Assembly (NCBI GenBank): GCA_963775425.1
Contig: CAVZJB010000016.1
Span: 128,001 to 192,000 of the forward strand
Origin: an uncultured delta proteobacterium
Lineage (GTDB): Bacteria; Myxococcota; UBA727; VGSZ01
Direction: 5' to 3'
DNA: 64,000 nucleotides
In this document: positions 57,854-64,000 of the stretch, in pieces
How the letters are laid out: each line of letters begins with the position of its first letter
Position numbering within the stretch: the stretch's first letter is position 1
Translations under genes and position numbers: made by a program
The notes under the pieces: generated by a model
What the model saw: the letters and a program-made list of their open reading frames with translations, nothing else
What the model was told of the DNA's origin: nothing
Database searches by the model: none

Positions 57854-58795
57854 GTGAAGAACACGTTCGCGTTCATCGTCGGCGCGCTGGTCCTCGTGGC
57901 CGGTGGGCTCTACATCGTGTTGGGCTTGCAGGATCGCGCCGAAGAGGCCGAGATGTGGCGCGACATCAACGACGCCCGGACCGAGACCGCGCGTCAGCTC
58001 CCCATCTTCATCCAGGCCGCGGACGACAAGATCGGCTACGACCGGCAGCAGTTCATGCGCAAGCACCTCGACCGCATCGAGGAAGCCTTCAAGAAGTACC
58101 CGGGACAAAAGCCGAAAGAGGACGCCTTCATCCTCGACCTCGAGGAGAAGGCCAAGGCCGGCAAGAAGGACAAGGCCAAGACCGCCGAGTACCGCGAGCG
58201 CTACGACTACGTGAAGAAGGTTTGGAACGACTACCTGAAGACCGGCACGTACAAGCCGGTGCTCACGGGGTATTCGCACGGCATCCGCATGGACATCCTG
58301 TCCATGAAGCAGAGCAACGACGGCGGGCAGCAGGGCATCCGGATGGACGTCCTGTTCTACGGCCCCGTGAAGGATCAGTTCACGGCGGGCCCGCTCAGCA
58401 TCAAGAGCGCCATCGAGGTCGACGACCCCAAGCACCCGAACAAGCCCAAGGTGGGCCTGATGAAGGTCGACGGCACGGCGACGCCCTACGTCCTCGTCGA
58501 CAAGCCGTGGGAGTGGATCCCCGAGTGGCCGCCGGGCGTGATGGTCGGCTACTACATCGGCCTGCCGCTCTTTCACCCGAAGGCCTCCAAGTACAACTTC
58601 GAGATGCACTTCAACACGCGTGACGAGGGCGGCAGCACCATCCCCGTCGACTTCGCGTGGAAGGACCTCCCCGTCGATCCCAGCATCCGCGGCGCCCCCG
58701 GCTCCTCCTGGGACGCGCCCGTCGAGGCCGTCGACGAGGAGCAGCTCAAGGAAGAGGGCCTCGTCGAGGACAAGGACAAAAAGAAGGACAAATGA
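57854..58795 (+). CDS. Hypothetical exported/membrane-anchored protein
   Basis: GAGAGG RBS, N-terminal TM, strong GC3 codon bias. Confidence 0.75.
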   Translation: MKNTFAFIVGALVLVAGGLYIVLGLQDRAEEAEMWRDINDARTETARQLPIFIQAADDKIGYDRQQFMRKHLDRIEEAFKKYPGQKPKEDAFILDLEEKAKAGKKDKAKTAEYRERYDYVKKVWNDYLKTGTYKPVLTGYSHGIRMDILSMKQSNDGGQQGIRMDVLFYGPVKDQFTAGPLSIKSAIEVDDPKHPNKPKVGLMKVDGTATPYVLVDKPWEWIPEWPPGVMVGYYIGLPLFHPKASKYNFEMHFNTRDEGGSTIPVDFAWKDLPVDPSIRGAPGSSWDAPVEAVDEEQLKEEGLVEDKDKKKDK

Positions 58796-59061
58796 GCATC
58801 AAGGACAAGGGGATGCAGCTCGGGATGAAAGCCATGGGCAAGCTCATGGAGAAGCCCGAGCGCGCCGAGCGGGTGATGAAAGCGGTGCAGAAGGTCCAGC
58901 AGGGCAGGGAGGCCGTCGACGAGGCCGCCGCCCGCATGCTGAACCTCTCGCAGCTCCCCGCGAAGAGCGACCTCAAGGAGATCGGTCGCCAGGCGGGCCG
59001 GCTCAAGCGTGAGGCCAAGAAGATCCTGGCGCTCCTCGACGACATCGAAGAGAAGCTGTAA
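58792..59061 (+). CDS. Small coiled-coil hypothetical protein
   Basis: ATGA overlap with the upstream gene; ..MLNLSQLPAKSDL..; helical, charged. Confidence 0.7.
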   Translation: MSIKDKGMQLGMKAMGKLMEKPERAERVMKAVQKVQQGREAVDEAAARMLNLSQLPAKSDLKEIGRQAGRLKREAKKILALLDDIEEKL

Positions 59062-59070
59062 CCACGCGGC

Positions 59071-60840
59071 GTGACCACGCTTCGTGCACACGCCACCCTG
59101 GTCGCCGGCGCGCTGTGGGCGGCGCTCGCGGTCGCGGGGTGTCACGGCAAGGACGGCAAGCACGCCGCGCCGCACAAGCCGCTGGTGGCCCGGCGCGCGT
59201 CGCCGCCCAAGCAGCCGCTCGCGGCGCTCGCGGCCCGCGTGCCCCCGCGCACGGGGAGCTGCGCCCAGGTCAAGAGCGTCAAGGACAAGCGCGAGGCCCG
59301 GCGCGTCGCCGACGCCGTGGAGAAGGCGCTGTCGGTGCCCGTCGACGTCGTCAAGGCCGACCTCGGCGCCCGCGGCGTCTGGTGGCGCGTCTGCGTCGGC
59401 GACGAGGACAGCGAGGCGCGCCTGGTGGCGCTGGCGACGAAGTGGACGGCGCCCGGCGGCCCGCTCGATCGCTGGCTCGACCCGCAGCCCGGGGGCGCGC
59501 CGCGCTTCTTCGTCCTGTCGCACGACGACGCCGACCGCCGCCGGGGCACGCCCGCGCAGGCGCGCGCGCTGTTCTCCTTCAGGCTGAAAAGCGGCGCGCC
59601 CGCGGTGTTCTTCGGCGGGCCGGCGCAGAGCGCGCTCGCCATCGCCTCCACGGCGCTCACCGAGAGCGGGGCCACCGACGTCGTCGCCATCGGCCCCAAG
59701 GGCAAGCGCGCGCTGTTCGACGACGCCCCCGCGCCGGGCTGCGCGGCGTGCGAGGTGGCGCTCAAGGAGTCGGCCGTGACCGCGCGGCGCGTCATGGGCG
59801 CCGGCGACGTCGATCCCGCGCCCGGCGAGGAGCTGCTCGTCGAGGAGCGCACCGAGGGAGGCGTTCGCCTGCTCTCCGTCGCCGAGCTCGCGAACGGCGC
59901 GCTGCACCGAACGGCGTCGCTCGTCCTGCAGAGCGTCGGCCGGCCGGGCTATGCGTCGACGGGGACGGCGTCGGTGGTGCAGGCCGACCTCGACCGTCAC
60001 AAGGAGATCGCCCTCGCGACCACCGAGCTGCTCACCGACGGCGACGCCGCCTGCTCGGTGGCGCAGCACGTCGCCATCTACGACCTGCGCAAGGGCAAGG
60101 GCCTGGTGCGCATCGACCCGCTCAAGCTGCCCGCCGAGCCCGCCGACGCCGTCGTCAACGTCATCACCGTGCTCGACGCGTACGGCGACCACGCCGCCGC
60201 ATCCAGGGCGTGTGCCGCGCAGCTCGCGCACGATCCGCAGGCGGGCACGGCGCAGCTCTGCTTGCAGCGCGTGCGCCGGCTCATCGACGCCGACGCCCTC
60301 GTCGACGCCGTGAACGCCGCGGGTCTGCTGGCGGAGACCTCGGAGGCGCTGCGGCCGGTGGTGGCGGGCCCGTTTCACGACGCGGCGGTGGCGCTCGACA
60401 AGGACCCGCGCCTGTTCGCCGGCGAGGTCGACTGCAAGACCTCACCGCTCGTCGACAAGCTCTCGTCCAGACCGCTCGACGCCTCGGCCAAGCTCGCGCG
60501 TGACAAGGCGCGCGACCGCCTGCTCTTGTCGGACATCGACGACGCCGTGTTCGTGACGGGGGCGCGCGACTTCGGCGCCGACACCCCCCTCGGCGTCATC
60601 ACCGCCCGCTGGCTCGAGCGCGCGAAGGTCGCGCTGCCGGCGCGCTACGCGGCGGTGGAGGCGCTCCTGCTGCCGCCGGCGCCCCCGCCGCCTCCCCCGC
60701 CGCCGCCCGACGCTGGCCCCGCCGACGCGGGCCCCGCCGACGCCGGCCCCGCCGACCCCGCCGACGGGGGCGGCGGGGCAGGGCTCGTGGCGGGAGACGG
60801 TGCGGCCCGGGATGGAGCGGCCGGGGACGGCGGGCCGTGA
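59071..60840 (+). CDS. SPOR-like domain lipoprotein
   Basis: AVAGC lipobox; DLGARGVWWRVCVG resembles the SPOR G.WYRV.VG strand; C-terminal DAGP repeats. Confidence 0.65.
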   Translation: MTTLRAHATLVAGALWAALAVAGCHGKDGKHAAPHKPLVARRASPPKQPLAALAARVPPRTGSCAQVKSVKDKREARRVADAVEKALSVPVDVVKADLGARGVWWRVCVGDEDSEARLVALATKWTAPGGPLDRWLDPQPGGAPRFFVLSHDDADRRRGTPAQARALFSFRLKSGAPAVFFGGPAQSALAIASTALTESGATDVVAIGPKGKRALFDDAPAPGCAACEVALKESAVTARRVMGAGDVDPAPGEELLVEERTEGGVRLLSVAELANGALHRTASLVLQSVGRPGYASTGTASVVQADLDRHKEIALATTELLTDGDAACSVAQHVAIYDLRKGKGLVRIDPLKLPAEPADAVVNVITVLDAYGDHAAASRACAAQLAHDPQAGTAQLCLQRVRRLIDADALVDAVNAAGLLAETSEALRPVVAGPFHDAAVALDKDPRLFAGEVDCKTSPLVDKLSSRPLDASAKLARDKARDRLLLSDIDDAVFVTGARDFGADTPLGVITARWLERAKVALPARYAAVEALLLPPAPPPPPPPPPDAGPADAGPADAGPADPADGGGGAGLVAGDGAARDGAAGDGGP

Positions 60841-61910
60841 AGATCACGGCCAACCAGATCACCGTCGCGCGCATCCTGGCGCTGCCCTTTCCCTGCTGGG
60901 CGCTGATCGTGCGACCGCACCAGCCGTGGATGTGGGTGGCGTTCGTGTTCGGCGTGCTCGTCGGGGCCACGGACTTCGTCGACGGTTGGCTCGCGCGCCG
61001 CGACGGTCCCACCGTGCTCGGCTCCCTCCTCGACCCGGTGGCGGACAAGCTGTTCATCGCCATGCTGCTGTTGCCGCTGGTCGCCTCCGACGAGTGTCCG
61101 GGCTGGGCGGCGGGGGCGCTGTTCGTTCGCGAGCTGTTGATCACCGCGCTGCGCACCTCGCTCGCGGTGCGCAAGCGAAGCCTGAAGACGAGCCAGCTCG
61201 GAAAGCTCAAGACCGTCGTGCAGATGGGCGGGATTGCGACGTACTACCTCACGCTCTTCGTGCCCCGCGACGTGATGCCCTGGGTCCACCTCGCCTGCGC
61301 GTCGGGGATGCTCGTGTTGTGCTTCGTGTTCGGCGCCAGAAACGCGCGGCGCGGAAAGGGATTCCTGCCGCCGACGTGGCTGCTCGGCGGCACGCCCCTG
61401 TGGTTCGCGGTGTTCGCGCTCGCGCTCTTCCTCGAGCCGCGCGACGTGGGGTTCTGGCAGTTCATCACCATGGTCGTGCTCACGTGGGTGAGCGGCGCCG
61501 ATTACCTGTGGGGGGCCGGCCGCGCGCTGGTCCAGGAGGGGCTGCGGGTCGGCGACGTGCTGCGCGCGGCGTCGTCGGTGGTGCAGGGGCTCGCGCTGGT
61601 CCCGCTGCTCCCGGAGACGCCGGCGATCGTGGTGCCGACCATCGTCGCGCTCTGCTCCGAGCTTTCCTACGGCGGCATCGACAACGGCGTGGCGGCGGAG
61701 CGCGCGCGCTTCGCCAAGGGCTCGCCCGTACCCTCGATGCTCGCCGCCGTCGTCGTCGGCGCGCTGGCGCGCTACGGGCACGTGTCGCCCGAGGTGCTCC
61801 TGTGGCTCGCGTGGGGCATGGCCGCGGTGTCCTTCGGAAACGGCCTCGTCGCGTTCCTGCTCGATCGCGACGTCTTCCTGGCCACGCCCGACCGCCCCGT
61901 CCCCACGTAG
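60837..61910 (+). CDS. CDP-alcohol phosphatidyltransferase (PgsA-like) with extended membrane C-terminus
   Basis: NQITVAR, TDFVDGWLARR....LGSLLDPVADKL, RELLIT.LR, GKLKT..Q. Confidence 0.88.
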   Translation: MKITANQITVARILALPFPCWALIVRPHQPWMWVAFVFGVLVGATDFVDGWLARRDGPTVLGSLLDPVADKLFIAMLLLPLVASDECPGWAAGALFVRELLITALRTSLAVRKRSLKTSQLGKLKTVVQMGGIATYYLTLFVPRDVMPWVHLACASGMLVLCFVFGARNARRGKGFLPPTWLLGGTPLWFAVFALALFLEPRDVGFWQFITMVVLTWVSGADYLWGAGRALVQEGLRVGDVLRAASSVVQGLALVPLLPETPAIVVPTIVALCSELSYGGIDNGVAAERARFAKGSPVPSMLAAVVVGALARYGHVSPEVLLWLAWGMAAVSFGNGLVAFLLDRDVFLATPDRPVPT

Positions 61911-61983
61911 CCCGTGCACGGCGGCGGTCGTTTTTTTGGAGCCCGGTGGAGCCGGCGGTACTCCTTCTGTCACCGGAGGCCCC

Positions 61984-62583
61984 ATGCACCACACCTGCGA
62001 GCACTGCGACACCCGCTACGACATCCCCGACGACAAGGTCGCCGGCCGCTTCTTGAAGGTCCGCTGCAAGCGCTGCCAGCGCACCATGCACGTCGTCGGG
62101 CTCGTCCCCGAGACCGGCGCGTGGTGGGCCGCCATCGGCGCCGCACCGCGCGGGCCGTTCTCCGAAGACGACGTGCGCTTCCTGTGCGGCGCCGGCGACA
62201 TCCACGGCCGCACCCGCATGTGGTGCCGCGGCATGCCCGGCTGGCAGCGTGTCTGCGAGTCGGAGACGCTCGCCTGGGTCTATCGCGAGGTCATCACGGC
62301 CACCGCCGAGGACGCGGGCGACCCCTTCGGCCGCGCCGCGCTCCTGTCGGACGGCCACGGCTACTTCCCCGACCCGACGCTGCAAAGCGGCATCATCCTG
62401 CTCGACGAAGAGGCCCAAAGGAGCCTCGCCGCGCTGGCCAGGAAGAGCGCCGGGCGCGACGCGCGGGGCAAGGCCGTCGGCACCCGCGCGTGGCCGTCGC
62501 TGTTCGCCCCCGCCGTCGCCGCCGTCTTCGGCGCTTTCGCCGGCGCCGCCGGCATCCTGTGGTTCATCGCGTCGCAGGTCTGA
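61984..62583 (+). CDS. Zinc-ribbon + GYF_2 domain membrane protein
   Basis: CEHCDTRYDIPDDKV....KVRCKRC; GPFS....W..GM.GW; C-terminal TM. Confidence 0.8.
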   Translation: MHHTCEHCDTRYDIPDDKVAGRFLKVRCKRCQRTMHVVGLVPETGAWWAAIGAAPRGPFSEDDVRFLCGAGDIHGRTRMWCRGMPGWQRVCESETLAWVYREVITATAEDAGDPFGRAALLSDGHGYFPDPTLQSGIILLDEEAQRSLAALARKSAGRDARGKAVGTRAWPSLFAPAVAAVFGAFAGAAGILWFIASQV

Positions 62584-62674
62584 CGCGGCTCGAGAGTTGA
62601 ACCGCAAAAACAAATGGGTCGCGAAGCGGCGGGCGTGCCGGCACTGAGCCTTTCCCGCTATGCGGATCACTTCT

Positions 62675-63331
62675 CTAGAGGCGGAGCTGGGCGGCGCCGA
62701 GGATCGCGAGCGAGCTCGGGTCCTGCAGGAGCACCACCACCGCACTGGCCTCTTCGAGCGGGGCCGTCCCCGACGTCGCCGTGGACGACAGCGTGGACGT
62801 CGTCACCGAGCGGACGGCGCGGTCATGGTGCAGCGTGCGCCCCGCGTTTTCACCGCGCGGGATGCGGTGCACCACGTCGTCAATGACGAGCGCCACCGTG
62901 AGCGCGGCGCCGGGCGCGGGCTTGTCGAGCTTCCACGACAGCGTGTCCCCGGCGCGCGACAGCTCCACGTCGACGGCGGCGGGCGCCGCGAGCGCTCGCT
63001 TCACGGCGGCGCGCGCGGCGTCGCCGTCGGAGCCGATGAGCTGCGCGCGGCCGTTCACCACCATCTGCGGGGTGTAGTCGCCGCGCGCGAGCGCCCGCGC
63101 GTAGCGGTGCTGACGCGCCGAGGCCTGCGGCGACGACAGCGGGTCCTTCCAGCCGAGCCCGTCCCAGTAATCGACGTGGAAGCCCAGGGCGATCACACGC
63201 GGATCGCGCGCCAGCTCGCTCAAGACCGCGTCGGCGGGCGGGCAGGACGAGCAGCCCTCCGAGGTGAACAGCTCGACGACGGCGACGGGGTGCGCGGCGG
63301 CCAGCGCCAGCGCGGGGAGGAGCGGAAGCAT
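62675..63331 (-). CDS. DUF1223 thioredoxin-like protein
   Basis: VVELFTSEGCSSCPPAD, FHVDYWD.LGWKDP, YTPQMVVNG, RGENAGRTL. Confidence 0.92.
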   Translation of the reverse strand: MLPLLPALALAAAHPVAVVELFTSEGCSSCPPADAVLSELARDPRVIALGFHVDYWDGLGWKDPLSSPQASARQHRYARALARGDYTPQMVVNGRAQLIGSDGDAARAAVKRALAAPAAVDVELSRAGDTLSWKLDKPAPGAALTVALVIDDVVHRIPRGENAGRTLHHDRAVRSVTTSTLSSTATSGTAPLEEASAVVVLLQDPSSLAILGAAQLRL

Positions 63332-63411
63332 ATGCCCCCGTATACGAGCCGGCCGTTCGCGGTGTGACGGTCCCCGGCGACGCCGCCGCAGGGCCGTGAT
63401 AGGCCGACGGC

Positions 63412-64000
63412 ATGAAGATCGTCGTCGCCGCCGCCTGCGCCGCCCTCGTCTCCACCGCGGCCCACGCGGGGATCTACATGGAGCACGAGGCCGTCCTGCC
63501 GAACCCGGCGGACATGACCAAGTCCATCAAGCAGACCCTGCACTCCTGGCAGGAGGGCAAGCGCTACAAGCGCGAGAGCCCGCTCAAGAACGAGACCGTC
63601 ATCATCGACCTCGAAAAGGGCGAGGTGTACGGCGTCAACAGCGCCAAGAAGACCTACTGGAAGCTCTCCGCCGACAAGTATCAGCAGCTCGCGGTGGTCT
63701 CGCTCGTCGTCATGGGCGTGAAGCTCACCCCCCAGGGGCAGCCCGTCGTCCCCGATCCCATGTTCGCGCCCACCGGCCAGACCGCCACCATCGAGGGCAG
63801 GAAAGCCACCGAGCTCAAGGTGGCGGCGCCGCTGCCGCCGGGCGTGACGACGTCGATCTGGGTGAGCAAGGACGTCCCCGTGGATCCTTCGCGCCTCGTC
63901 GACATCATGCGGCTCAGCCTCGGCGACCCCAAGGGCCCCGCGTACGAGACGCTCTTTCGGCAGTGGGCGTCTTTGAAGGGCTACCCGGTGCAGAACGTCA
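63412..64000 (+). CDS. Secreted DUF4412-like protein (3' end outside window)
   Basis: MKIVVAAACAALVSTAAHAG signal; VIIDLEKG..Y.VN..KKTY; TGQTATIEGRKA; IWVSKDVP; open to the window end. Confidence 0.7.
   Translation, partial: MKIVVAAACAALVSTAAHAGIYMEHEAVLPNPADMTKSIKQTLHSWQEGKRYKRESPLKNETVIIDLEKGEVYGVNSAKKTYWKLSADKYQQLAVVSLVVMGVKLTPQGQPVVPDPMFAPTGQTATIEGRKATELKVAAPLPPGVTTSIWVSKDVPVDPSRLVDIMRLSLGDPKGPAYETLFRQWASLKGYPVQNV

Noticed and set aside
61889-61937. CGACCGCC/GGCGGTCG + T7 as a terminator
   Set aside because: The loop is about 26 nt and overlaps the CDS end; support is too weak to call

Overview
GC-rich bacterial chromosomal window, probably Myxococcota-like. This taxonomy is inferred from two Hanks-type Ser/Thr kinases, a MYXO-CTERM-like tail, DAG-repeat lipoproteins and a zinc-ribbon/GYF_2 protein. 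It has three parts. (1) 1-20.9 kb is an accessory metal/respiration block: a CusCBA-like efflux operon with a Cys/His leader, an arsM-sigZ-aquaporin arsenic operon, a nirK(-cytochrome c)/NirV/SCO/CopD-like cluster, and a P-type IIIA H+-ATPase. (2) 20.8-31.5 kb is an integration hotspot at tRNA-Gly(GCC). An ~8.4 kb element (23030-31461) is bounded by a 45-bp att repeat. It carries a tyrosine integrase, two Xis-like HTH genes, an orphan ParB, a ParE-type TA pair and several Cys-rich lipoprotein genes. Debris of an older related element lies next to it. (3) 31.5-64 kb is core-like: ftsY, dksA, speA, an S55 protease pair, speB, tonB, a DTW gene, tRNA-Cys, scpA/scpB/rluB and others. The best novelty candidates are a ~194-nt almost fully base-paired multi-arm fold with an adjacent RTGTCCTC repeat set beside parB, a strong-RBS M-S-M-D-UGA micro-ORF in frame with speA, and an ArsR-less arsenic operon built around a Cys-tailed SigZ. 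All calls come from manual reading and motif recognition; no searches or folding programs were run. Several single-base frameshifts may be assembly errors.
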